From Corallochytrium limacisporum Hawaii (lineage: Eukaryota > Protista > Pluriformea): DNA of 64,000 bases. Shown in pieces: positions 1 to 10,401 of the stretch. The stretch's first letter is position 1. Each line of letters starts with the position of its first letter. The notes under the pieces were generated by a model, which saw only the letters and a program-made list of their open reading frames with translations, was not told where the DNA came from and did no database searches. The stretch spans positions 62,001 through 126,000 of the forward strand of contig PDIP01000007.1 of NCBI GenBank assembly GCA_002811645.1, given 5' to 3'. The position numbers were made by a program, and so were the translations under genes.

Positions 1-957
1 ATGGACGACATTATTGATGTGATGGACCTGACGAAGAATCGACCAGAACATCAATTTGATCCGTTGCACACGTTTAATCCCCTAATCCAGTACGCCTTCC
101 AGTGCATGCATCACCGTGTAATGCATCCAAACGAACCCCTTCCGGATCTCGATTCAGACATTTCACGGAGCATTGAGCCGGACAAAGCAATGTTCGAACG
201 CGCAGGGCCTTTCCTTTCTAAGATGGTTCAGACATTCCAAGTCCGTCCACGGCCCACCAAGGACGAAGAGGACGACGCTGCTGCCAATGGTGGGGTGAAT
301 GGTGTAGCTGGTACCGCCCGACCCTGGTACCTCGTAGATGCCGATGAAGATGGCAATAGCAGATCCGTCAAGCCACGTCTTGATGCCACTGCTCTTGGCC
401 TCCAAGAGGGTGAGGAGTCGAACAGGAGAACTGGGAATGCGGATGGCTACGCACTGAGTTTTGCACCCAAAGTGTCGGCGCTTGATCCCATTCGCACGTT
501 CCACGAAATGATTGATGGTTCATCGTCATCAAGTAGGGCATCCTTGTGGCAGTCGGCAAAGCAACAGATGCGTGCCATAATTGAAAAGTACTTGGACCCA
601 GCCGAAGGCAATTTCAAGTTCAAAGTCGCCCGCGATGCACTCAAGGCACTACGGGATGCTGCTGTGACTCAAGACGATGCGTCGGCCTACAATGACCTTT
701 TGCAGACCCTCAAGAAAAAGATTGGCACAGAGGTGGTCTCGGAACTGAATCCCGGTGAAGGCACTAATTTTTGGAACGATTATGTCGTCAAGCAGGCTCA
801 GCTAGCTCCCATTTCCGACGCGGAGGCCTCTACGGGCATGACCACTGCCACCGCCTCCACACTTGGTTCCAAGACAATCCTTGCTTCCGACACTTTACCA
901 CAAGCCAGCACCACCGGCGCTGATGACATTGAGGACCTCCTAGATGAGCTGGAGTAG
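1..957 (+). CDS. XRCC5: Ku80 C-terminal part (5'-truncated by window edge)
   Basis: FDPLHTFNPLIQYAFQCMHHRVMHPNEPLP matches the Ku80 core C-arm; helical Ku_PK_bind-like region; acidic tail DDIEDLLDELE resembles the DNA-PKcs-binding motif. The ATG at 1 is probably internal. Confidence 0.85.
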   Translation: MDDIIDVMDLTKNRPEHQFDPLHTFNPLIQYAFQCMHHRVMHPNEPLPDLDSDISRSIEPDKAMFERAGPFLSKMVQTFQVRPRPTKDEEDDAAANGGVNGVAGTARPWYLVDADEDGNSRSVKPRLDATALGLQEGEESNRRTGNADGYALSFAPKVSALDPIRTFHEMIDGSSSSSRASLWQSAKQQMRAIIEKYLDPAEGNFKFKVARDALKALRDAAVTQDDASAYNDLLQTLKKKIGTEVVSELNPGEGTNFWNDYVVKQAQLAPISDAEASTGMTTATASTLGSKTILASDTLPQASTTGADDIEDLLDELE

Positions 958-1400
958 ACAACTCGAAACTCTATTTGAAATGCTACCTCCTCTTTCGAGT
1001 TGGCCTGAGATGTCCGGCGCGGAGGCCCCTCCGCAGGGTGGCGGTTTGTTTCTGCTGCCCTACTGAGAGGGGATGAGCGCCGCCACGTATTGCTCCCCGC
1101 AAACATCCCCATTTCCCTCCCGCGGGGGCCTTTGGTTTCACCGCTGTACCAAGGGCTTAGTTGCCCCCCGGTTAGACGTGAATCCAAAGGAAACCCACAA
1201 CACGGACGGGCTGGTATTTGTGTTGGAGAGTTTAAAATATAATAGAAAAGGACGTATATGTCGCGAATGACTGTGATTAAAGAATGTTAGAGAGACTGTG
1301 TGATGTTGTAAAGAAGTCGGCTCTTGGTAAATACCAGAATGTAATGGAGATTGTAAGACGAAAAGACACGTAATTCGGAATACGTTGCCAAACTAGAACC

Positions 1401-1853
1401 ATGCCAAAGTTTAGACAGACTGCATGGGATCCAGCGCTGATCGTCAGTCAAATTGCAGCCACACAGTCATGTTATTACTTCACGTTTGGGCTATTGGTCC
1501 TCATTTGTGCAGCAATCACAAGGGCTGAAGTTTCAGTAGCAACTATCTTCGTGACAGACTTGAATAAGAGCCCGCTGGGCGTGTACACACAGGGCGCCCT
1601 TATTATCACCAATGGATTACTGAATGCAGTTGCACTGTTGTTCTTGATACGACGTGCAAAGCAGTGCCTGGATTTTTCAGCAACAGTACACTTGGTTCAT
1701 TTCATCCTCTCCTTGCTGTTGTCCGGTTTCCCAACCCTGTTTTGGTTCATTTCCTTTGCAGTGTCGGTGATATGCATGGCTGTGGTGGGCGAATTGCTGT
1801 GTATGCGGTATGAAATGAACAGCATTCCACTCATGGGCGCTCGTATGATCTGA
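1401..1853 (+). CDS. SYS1: SYS1 Golgi integral membrane protein
   Basis: N-terminal FRQTAWDPALIVSQI, internal RAKQCLDFSATVHLVH, C-terminal GELLCMRYEMNSIP; four hydrophobic segments; 150 aa. Confidence 0.92.
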   Translation: MPKFRQTAWDPALIVSQIAATQSCYYFTFGLLVLICAAITRAEVSVATIFVTDLNKSPLGVYTQGALIITNGLLNAVALLFLIRRAKQCLDFSATVHLVHFILSLLLSGFPTLFWFISFAVSVICMAVVGELLCMRYEMNSIPLMGARMI

Positions 1854-2122
1854 TTGACCCTGCGCATAGAAAGGAAACACACTTGGTCAACACAACGCAC
1901 AGTATTGCCACGGTCTCGCTCTTTCCGCGCCCAAGCGAATTACTGGGCGAGGCGGGCGGGGAAATGAGGAGGGTCTCCTCGGCTGGCTATTTCAGAATAG
2001 CACCCCGTTTTTGCAACATAAGATACATGACACATATACATCGCTTCATTATATTTAAGCTCTTTCTGAGAATGAAATTTATGTAAACATGTGAAGCTTG
2101 GTAGACGGGGACTAGTCCAACC

Positions 2123-3538
2123 ATGCGGTGTCTGGTGTGTGGATCAGAGCAATTTATTAACCAGGAGGAGATAGGCTACCTGATCTGTGCCGACTGCGGT
2201 ACACAAAGCCAAGATTTCCGACGCGAAGAAGCCGAAGAAGATGACTTGGGTGGATCTCAGGGGTTTACACGTTATCGGCGGCGGGAAGTGAAGCAAAAGT
2301 CGCTCGAAAAGAAGCAGAAGAAGACTGCGAGCGGCCTGGTATTTGCCACATCGAAGACTCGTCGTCAATGGGTCGCTGGTCTCAAATGCACCAGCAAACC
2401 CCTTCAGAAGCTGTGTAAAGAGAGCACCAGCGATCCGGAGAAGCTCTTGCGGGCAGGACTTCTGAGTGTACTGTGTACACAGCTGGCGGCGGTGCAACAG
2501 CACATTATCCGATCGCAAAGTTCTTTGGCGGCTAACGGGGGCTCCGCTGCGGACGTCAGTTCCCGCGCGCGGTCGTTGTGGTGTCGGGTAGTCTCTCGGA
2601 AGTCAAATGGACTGAATACGGCAAGTACGTTGGCCATTGTGTACGTCGCCTACGTACAGTGTGGTTACGCAGTGCCGCTCTGGGAACTGGTGCAGGCATG
2701 TCGGCGAAGCAGTGTGCCATATTTCTCTGGTTTTGAGTATGCACCATCTTGGGACAGATTACCGTTCGGTACGAAGTTTGCGCTTAAACCTAGGACACCT
2801 TTGGATGCCGGGCTAGTGAACGGAGAGATTGTACGATTGGAACTGGAGACGACAGCAGCCACAAGGCCACTAAATTCATCAGTGCGTGGTATGATATCTG
2901 CCTGTGGAGAGCGCCTAGTGAACGCGCTACGCATGCACCCTGTGATCGTGGAGCAAATTTCTGATCTGTTGAGCTCTATCGAAAGAGGTTTGAACAGTGG
3001 TCAATCAATACCAACGGAAGGGCGACTGTCAACCACATGGCTGACGACCGATGTCTTGCCTGCGGCGGCAATCTCTTTGGTCCAGAGCCTGGCATACCGA
3101 GGCGTGGACATCTACACTGAACCCCCGTCGGAGGATGATCTCCGTGGGTTGCCACCATTGCATCGCTGGTATCTTGAGAACCGTCAAGTATTGGATACAC
3201 AGTGTAAGATGGAACCCAAACTCCTGGGACTAATCGCTGACACCGCAGCTGGAGCTGAAGTGGACTTTCTCGGCGAGGTCTTCGATCAATTTAGCCACAA
3301 TATGACGACAAAGAATCGAACAATGGACCGTTCCGCAGCCTATCACCAATTCCTAGATTCACTTAGGGAGGGTGACCAAGTACACAGTACGCCGGTGGTC
3401 GATCCAGCTCTGCAGGAGCGACTGATTGTAGATATCCTTGCTCTTCGTCTGCACTGTGAGCCAGCTGCGATCGTGAACACTGCACATATGTTAAAATTCG
3501 TGGGAAGCAAACAAGTCAATGAAAGTCTCAATGTATAG
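2123..3538 (+). CDS. TAF1B: RNA Pol I core factor subunit TAF1B/Rrn7 (TFIIB-like)
   Basis: N-terminal zinc ribbon CLVC..GYLICADCGTQ; cyclin-fold segment STLAIVYVAY...LWELVQAC...VPYF. Confidence 0.75.
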   Translation: MRCLVCGSEQFINQEEIGYLICADCGTQSQDFRREEAEEDDLGGSQGFTRYRRREVKQKSLEKKQKKTASGLVFATSKTRRQWVAGLKCTSKPLQKLCKESTSDPEKLLRAGLLSVLCTQLAAVQQHIIRSQSSLAANGGSAADVSSRARSLWCRVVSRKSNGLNTASTLAIVYVAYVQCGYAVPLWELVQACRRSSVPYFSGFEYAPSWDRLPFGTKFALKPRTPLDAGLVNGEIVRLELETTAATRPLNSSVRGMISACGERLVNALRMHPVIVEQISDLLSSIERGLNSGQSIPTEGRLSTTWLTTDVLPAAAISLVQSLAYRGVDIYTEPPSEDDLRGLPPLHRWYLENRQVLDTQCKMEPKLLGLIADTAAGAEVDFLGEVFDQFSHNMTTKNRTMDRSAAYHQFLDSLREGDQVHSTPVVDPALQERLIVDILALRLHCEPAAIVNTAHMLKFVGSKQVNESLNV

Positions 3539-3698
3539 CATGTCAATGATGTATGGATTATATTCGAAATTGTAACGATGATGAATAGTATGATGTTCAT
3601 GAGGTTGTTTTGGATTATGATGGAATAAGTTGTAAGATGTCTTGATGTTAAGTTGAAACAAATGGAACGATTACTAATTAGAGGACTAGACTGGGAGC

Positions 3699-4835
3699 TC
3701 AGGCCTGGAGTTCGTTGAAGAGGTCATCATTGTCGGCCTCCGTGGGACCTCCAGTTCCATCAGCAGTGCCATCGAAGTCATTCACAAAATTGTCCCAGTC
3801 GACGGGCATCTCCTGAATGTGCGCTCCAGTGGGTTCTGAGCTATCCATGGGCTGAGCAGCGGGGAAGGTGTTAGCATCAAAGTTGTCCAGCAAGGCGGGA
3901 TCATGAAGCATCTTCATGAGCGCATCATAAGAACCATCACCCGGATTTGCTTGGGGCTGTTGCCACAAGGCAGTAGCCGGCTTGTGCATGCTGCTGGATG
4001 CTCCGTTGGATACTCCATTGAAGCTCTGGTCTGGCGTAAGGTCAACAAAATCGTTCAGACCACTGTTCAATTCGCCGTTCATGGTAATAAGCTTCTGGTT
4101 CGGGTTCGCTCCAACGCCCTTGTGGGGCTGGTTAGACATTGCCGCCAGATACAGAAGAATGTTGTGAATTGTCTGGTTCTGACGCTTCTGCACCCGCCGA
4201 TTTTGCTGCCAGAGATTCTGGTTTTCAGTCTGCAATTGTACAACCTTGGCCTCCAGCTCTGCCTGACGAATGCGAAGATTGCTCAGTTCCCGAGTCAATG
4301 CATTCAGGTCATTCTGTGTATGTTCCTTGCTCAGAGTATGATTGGCAACAAGTGCCTTTGACGAAGAGGAGCCCTTAGCCTTAGCAGCTTCTTCGGCTGC
4401 ATGTTGTGCTTGTTGCTGTTGCTTTTTCTGTGCGGAGGGATTTTTACGATGGATTTGAGAAATCAGATCGTCCCTGCCCTTGCGGAACATGGGATGGCTG
4501 AACTCCCAAACGTGAGCCTGTCCCTGGGTGACCATTCCTGGACCACCATCACTGATCTTTCTAAAATTGTACATATTGAGCTGGCGCACAAATGACGCGA
4601 AGTTGTTGTGCTTGAAATACAAGGGCAGAACATCCTTGGAGAAGTCTTCAGAACTCTTCACGACAAAAGCAGTACCGTTTCGGCTCCATGCGATGCTCTT
4701 GATATCCTTGTCATGCAAAATCTTGTGCAGCTTGCGCAAAAAGGCGGGCACTGGCTTTTGTCCCGGCTCCTTCTTGTCTCCGCGCTTGCGCTTTGTAGTT
4801 GCTGCGCTTGTGTCGGGTTCGACCTTGGCCGTCAT
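3699..4835 (-). CDS. HSF1: Heat shock transcription factor
   Basis: HSF DNA-binding domain (VPAFLRKL...IAWSRNGTAFVV...FKHNNFASFVRQLNMYNFRK...WEFSHPMF), HR-A/B coiled coil, acidic C-terminus. Start set at the first ATG (4835) instead of the track's non-ATG start at 4955. Confidence 0.93.
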   Translation of the reverse strand: MTAKVEPDTSAATTKRKRGDKKEPGQKPVPAFLRKLHKILHDKDIKSIAWSRNGTAFVVKSSEDFSKDVLPLYFKHNNFASFVRQLNMYNFRKISDGGPGMVTQGQAHVWEFSHPMFRKGRDDLISQIHRKNPSAQKKQQQQAQHAAEEAAKAKGSSSSKALVANHTLSKEHTQNDLNALTRELSNLRIRQAELEAKVVQLQTENQNLWQQNRRVQKRQNQTIHNILLYLAAMSNQPHKGVGANPNQKLITMNGELNSGLNDFVDLTPDQSFNGVSNGASSSMHKPATALWQQPQANPGDGSYDALMKMLHDPALLDNFDANTFPAAQPMDSSEPTGAHIQEMPVDWDNFVNDFDGTADGTGGPTEADNDDLFNELQA

Positions 4836-5165
4836 GATGGGATTTCTACGTCTTGTTCCTGCCACTTTGAATGGTTGGTAGTCAAACACTCGATTCCGAA
4901 TAGAAGTCAACGTGTTTTCTTTCTTCTTTTTTTGTTTACTTTCTAACACATACACTGGACCTTTTCTACCTTGTCCAGATTACACAAGTTATTGAACACG
5001 GGATTGATTTATCACAATCTTGTATAAAATACCTGAAGAATATGATTATATATATTAGAGACTAGGTCCCAATAAGTACCTGGCCCCTCACCGACTTTTC
5101 ACGCCGAAGCCAGACAGCTGACCTTCTCTCGTGTCAAGTTCCAATTCGTGGTGCGGCAATAAACC

Positions 5166-5201
5166 CACACACACACATACACACACACACACACACACAC
5201 A
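5166..5201. repeat. (CA)n microsatellite
   Basis: About 18 CA units with one TA interruption, upstream of HSF. Confidence 0.9.
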
Positions 5202-6058
5202 GAGTCAGACCCTACCTAGCTGGCTGCCGCAATCTTTCCTATTACCGTTTGGGCCCCTTGTGGTTCCCCCCCCCCCCTCCCCCACTGGTGGTATATCGGA
5301 GAAGAGATGCTCTGCCACGAAAACCCCCAAGACAAAGGGACGGCGGGCAAGCAGGAGCGGTAAGGGCAGTGAATCGTCACTCTTCGACACCCTCGCTCTC
5401 TCCCGGGTTCCGTACGCGCAGGGTCTTTAAAGTCGTTTTGTTCGGTCGCCGGCGCCCAGGGAGGCGGCGGAGTCCTCCCGGTCGAGGAAGTCCCCGGCTC
5501 GCCCAGTTGATCTGTTTACGTACTGAATATACTGAGGTTTGACGGGTGCGGAACGTATTGTGGAGGAAGGCCGAGACCTTACTGGCCATGTGCTTCAGTT
5601 TGCACAGATCAACAACCACCCGCAGAAGGAATTGCGCTGCCCTCCCGCCGGGGATGTGGGCTATTGCGGTGGGGCGGAGAGAAGGCGGCCAAGTCTCTCG
5701 CAACTTCCTTCCAATCAGCAAAATTAGTAGGCTATTTAGTATTTTAATGTTGGGGATCTGATGAATTGGAGGTATCCATTTCGAACCACGACAAGGCGAG
5801 ACCCTTTGTGATTTGGGGGCGCACGGACTGAGACCCACGGAGAGTTGGGTTGGATCAGAGGGCCCAGATACCGCACAAGCACACACCCCACCAGCACACT
5901 CAACCCTCACACCCCCGGGCCGGGCCATAGTAACTCTTCTGTGGAAAATAATCAATTGTAAGATCTCGTCGGAAACGTTGAGGGCGAGAAGGTGGGGGGG
6001 GTGTTTGAAGAACCGAGGCCTCAGTTGCGATTGCAATGCACTGAGTCACACTGCGGAA

Positions 6059-6079
6059 CTCAGTACATTATGTACTGAG
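6059..6079. promoter_or_regulatory. Perfect 10-bp inverted repeat of the GTACTGA motif
   Basis: CTCAGTACAT-t-ATGTACTGAG; same core as the recurrent intergenic GTACTGAAT motif. Confidence 0.5.
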
Positions 6080-6324
6080 CACAGCCTGCCAAGACAGAAA
6101 TGAACAGATGAAGAAAATTCTCACTAAGCTGCGCTTGGATTGGGCGGGGTTTCGATACTAAACATACTGAAATTGTTCCTACGTAGTCCACAGAATTGTG
6201 ATCAATATCGCGGGCACGTAAACAAATCATTTCTCGTAATATGCACAAATCTCCAGAAAAAACTGGTCATATTAAGTACTGAGCAACGACGAACTAAAAT
6301 TCTTTGACCTACCCCGTTCCCTGC

Positions 6325-6349
6325 CTTCTGGAACATTCCGGAACCTTCG
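6325..6349. promoter_or_regulatory. Heat shock element (5 contiguous inverted nGAAn units)
   Basis: cTTCtgGAAcaTTCcgGAAccTTCg, with perfect 5-bp phasing, in the HSF/PPR divergent spacer. Confidence 0.8.
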
Positions 6350-7711
6350 GACAGGTCAGACCCTCTCATAATCAGGCCATTTTCTATCATCAGCAGATAC
6401 TAGATGCACACGCTTGCTATGGGTCCAACAGCACTTTACTGCCGCAGGGGTTTCCCCGCAAAGAGAAAAGGGCGACGGAAAGGGGGGAGAGGGGATAGAC
6501 AAGGGTGGGTTGTGCGCGGGCCTTGGTACATTTTTAAGGGGTGCGTGTACCGTAAAGGAAAACGGCAAGGAGTGCCAAAAAAAAAGGGGGGAAGGAGGGG
6601 AAGGGGTTTAAGACAGGCAAGTGTCAACCAAAGAAAAACTTTTCCGGTCATGCGAACATTTGCAAGGCAAAGGAAGGGGAATTTTTCGGCGTGTGTGCCG
6701 TTTTCTCGTCCTCGGGGTCTCTGGGCCTTGGCCTAATATGGGAGGAAAATTGGGAGAAAGGCGAGAAGAAAGGGGGGAGAAAGGGAGTGAGGAGGGGGGG
6801 CGGGGGGAGGGGAAGAAACACCGCTGGGCTAGGCGAGCGAGAGGGGCCCCAAGAGGATGAGAGCGGCCGGGAGAGCTTGTGTGGAGCGGTGGCATGTTCG
6901 TAACCATTGTCCGGTGCGTACGATTCAGCATGCTCCAAGACATTCATTCGACAATCAGCTGCATAGCTAGTGTATTCATCATGCGTACATGAATCATGAT
7001 GAGATAACCAAAGCAGCTTTAGAGATTCCAAAGAACTACATCGTCGTCCAGCGACCAAGAGGATGAGAGATTGGCCATCCAAGGGTGCGTTGCCGCGTTG
7101 CCGGTTACGTGTCGGCTCAGGCAATGCGCACAAGATGATCGGTGATGTTACGAAACACCCAAGATGATCGACAATGATGCAATGGTTCATGCGGCAGCCT
7201 GCACCAGGTCCCAACGACGCAAGATCTTGGCTATTATTTTAATTCAAAAACCACTATGTTAGGTTTCCATCTTTATTTAGTCTCTGCTCAGGGGCTGCCT
7301 CGGGGGGGGGGGGTCTCTTCTCCTCACAGAGTGTGAGGTCGCCCGCCCCGTGGGGGAGGGGGACAGTACACAATGCCAGGCGGCCCCTACCTCCAGTCCC
7401 ATGTGTTTCCTCTGACCGCTCGACACCCCCGGCGGGTGGATATTCAGCGCAAAATCTAGGTTCTTTGTTTGCTTTGTTTGAGCCTTCCTGCCTTGTCATA
7501 GGCTGGTGTTGATGCTATTCCACATGAGTCGCTGATAATTTCCTGTGCTTTCCTTGCACTGCGGCTATTTGATGCCGCGGTATCTGTAACTTTGTGTAGC
7601 ATCATTTGCAAGTAAGGTTTGCATAAGGCTACAGAAGCGATGCATTGACCAGAATGGCCGGTTGAAGATATCGTTCGTTATCAGGCACTCGATTTTAATA
7701 TAGTAGAAACG

Positions 7712-9952
7712 ATGGCCACCAGAAGGCTCCTCTTTGGGTCATTAAGGGGCCTTTCACGGTCCGTGGGGACAAATCACGGTTCTCTCGCCATTCACCGGCC
7801 GACATGGCAGCGTCAGGGTCACGCACTGCCGTGCGTAGCCTTGCGTTGGTACACAGACAAAACTGCGGACACTGGGGGAGATGGGGCTCTAGCACAAGCC
7901 GGAGGCACTGATGATGTTGACGTTAGTAACCCTGCCAGTTGGTCGGATGACAACAAGCAACAGGTCAAGGAATTCTTGGGTGTCGATGTTGATGAATTCC
8001 AGGCGTGGATGAAAGAGAAATGGACAGATCCGGTGACTGGCGAGAAGAGGGAATTCATCCGCGTAGTGCAGCCGGGCGATTACCCTGACATTGCGGAAGA
8101 AGTCTTTCCGCACGAGCTGGAAGATTTTCCACAGCTCAAAAATGACGGCGTCATTGCAAACATCGACGAACTACACAAAAGCCTGCTGGCAATGAATAGG
8201 GGCCAGTTGGTGTTTGCTACGAAGTGGATCTTGGCAGGCGATGTAGAAGAAGGTCGCACTAACCTTCTGAAATGTATAAAGGATCCGAATTATGCGGTGC
8301 CAGAAATGTACCGCGGAATTTACCAGATGCTAGCAGCCAGTCTACTCATGAGTGGTGATATCTTGGAGTCTCTGGAAGTGGCCAAGATGGAACTAGCTCT
8401 TGAGGACGGTGGCGAGGTCAATGCCCACTTGTCATCGGAATTGGTGAGGCAGCTGTCTCTGGACGGATATCCAAAGGAAACCCAAGAGTGGGTGACTCAG
8501 CTGCGTGCTCGAGGGTTCAAGCTTGACGTGGAAATGTACAACAGTTTGATGCTGGGCTATGTCGAGCAATCGTTCAAGAGTTACGCAATGGCCCAAGAAG
8601 CATACAAGTCAGCCACTGATATGATGACGTCCATGGCGAAGGATGGTCTTAAGCCTAACGAGATCACCTTTGGTCGGCTGCTTGAGATCGCAATGAGCAT
8701 GAAGGAACGGCGGCAGACTGTCTTGACCATCGCGAGGGAGATGTTGAGCACCGGACTATATACAAATTTCCGTGCTTTGGACACCATTATCAAGACCTTC
8801 CGCAAAATGGATGAATCACGCTTTGCGATTGGTCTTTGGTACTGGCTGCGAGAAAGGGCTGAAGCCAAGGATTTCCCGGGTTACCAGTTGAGCGAGGAAG
8901 AAACCAGACTAGAAGCCATTCTGTATTCCACGGGCCTGCGAACGAAGGATGATGGAGAAGAACAGGACCCCTTGCGCCAAGCGGCTCTGCTTGATATTGT
9001 TGCCGATATCGCGGACATCGCTGGTGAACAAGGCAACGCTGCGTTGGCGTACGATGTGGTGACCGCAATTCAGAAGCTTGACATTGACACCAGACGGCCC
9101 GGCACGTGGAATTCGCTTCTCAGGGGTATCGTGAAGCGTCTCGATGAACGGAACGAACGTAGTGGCCCTACTCTGTACGCAAAGCTTATGCGGCACAAAG
9201 ACATGGTTTTCTCTGAACTCTACGCGACTCAGATTAACAATCGAGTATTGATCAGTCCCACGTTCCATCTGGAGTTGATGCAGTTTACGGGACTCCAGAA
9301 CCGTCACTTGACAGCCCGTTTATTCCAGGATGCGAAGCGCATTGCCAACCTCCGTGCCAATAGGAATGCTGCATCGCAGTTAGAGATGGGGGAGAGTGAC
9401 GGCCCTACAGGGGTGCTGTGGCTTGACACCTTTCCGAAGCGTCGTGTGTACAATCGGTATGTTGAGGTCCTGAGTGGTGATGTTGCGATGACATCGCTTG
9501 CGAAGGTAAACGAAAAGATTTGCCGCCACGCGCTGTTCTTGGAACATGCGGTTGACGCCTTTAACCAGAATCCTTTTGCCCCGAGTGATCTAGACTTGCG
9601 CCAGCTGTCTTCGTTCGCCATTCGGGCACGGCAATTCAGTCGCGCAGTAGAAATGTTGGAAACTTTTATCAACGACTATGATGTGGAGCCAAGTGAACGG
9701 ACCATGCAATCAATGGTGGAGGGTATGCGATCGTTTCCTCCACGGAGTTTTCCACCATCCGCCGTGTTGCGCTTTGTGGAAATCGCAGAGTCTGTCAACA
9801 TTCTAGCACGGCTCCCCGGATCTTCTATCAATGCTCTGCAACAAGAGCTTGGGCAGGATCATGAAGTGTGGTCGCGGGTCACTGTCCACGCCATGGGCCG
9901 CCCGATCCGGAACCCAACTATTCCTGAGCTACCAAAGGACAAGGACTACTAG
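7712..9952 (+). CDS. Mitochondrial pentatricopeptide-repeat-like protein
   Basis: Arg-rich, acid-free N-terminus ending ALRWY/TD; PPR-like motifs LDVEMYNSLMLGY, GLKPNEITFGRLL, PGTWNSLL, VEPSERTMQSMV. Confidence 0.75.
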   Translation: MATRRLLFGSLRGLSRSVGTNHGSLAIHRPTWQRQGHALPCVALRWYTDKTADTGGDGALAQAGGTDDVDVSNPASWSDDNKQQVKEFLGVDVDEFQAWMKEKWTDPVTGEKREFIRVVQPGDYPDIAEEVFPHELEDFPQLKNDGVIANIDELHKSLLAMNRGQLVFATKWILAGDVEEGRTNLLKCIKDPNYAVPEMYRGIYQMLAASLLMSGDILESLEVAKMELALEDGGEVNAHLSSELVRQLSLDGYPKETQEWVTQLRARGFKLDVEMYNSLMLGYVEQSFKSYAMAQEAYKSATDMMTSMAKDGLKPNEITFGRLLEIAMSMKERRQTVLTIAREMLSTGLYTNFRALDTIIKTFRKMDESRFAIGLWYWLRERAEAKDFPGYQLSEEETRLEAILYSTGLRTKDDGEEQDPLRQAALLDIVADIADIAGEQGNAALAYDVVTAIQKLDIDTRRPGTWNSLLRGIVKRLDERNERSGPTLYAKLMRHKDMVFSELYATQINNRVLISPTFHLELMQFTGLQNRHLTARLFQDAKRIANLRANRNAASQLEMGESDGPTGVLWLDTFPKRRVYNRYVEVLSGDVAMTSLAKVNEKICRHALFLEHAVDAFNQNPFAPSDLDLRQLSSFAIRARQFSRAVEMLETFINDYDVEPSERTMQSMVEGMRSFPPRSFPPSAVLRFVEIAESVNILARLPGSSINALQQELGQDHEVWSRVTVHAMGRPIRNPTIPELPKDKDY

Positions 9953-10401
9953 TACATCGGAATCCTGTACATATTATTCATACATACATAGAATACAAGG
10001 ATATGAATCTTTCTTCAGACCGAAGACATCCCTTCCCTTGCTCAACTGCAATGACTGACCCCCACGTCCAAACTTTCACAAAACCCGCCTTCCCTCCCGC
10101 CCTCTCTTCCTTGCAGAAAGGCGCGAAAATCAGCGGCCCGCCCTCGGCTCCCCTTTCTGAGTTGAAAGGCTAATGGGCCGGTGGCATCTCGTTTCTGCGC
10201 ACTGGCTGTGTTGAATTTCAGTGTTCTTCCAATGGTTGAGGAAACTTTTGATCCCCGCTGGTATTAGGGACAACTTTGTTTCCCAGTTGTGGTGAATGGA
10301 AGGTTATTCAATCCTATGAAGGCCGCGATGTACTGGGAACGTAAGCCCGGTCACAATGTAAAGAGTCAGCTACACCGACATCTTAGTTTCAAATAGAAAT
10401 C

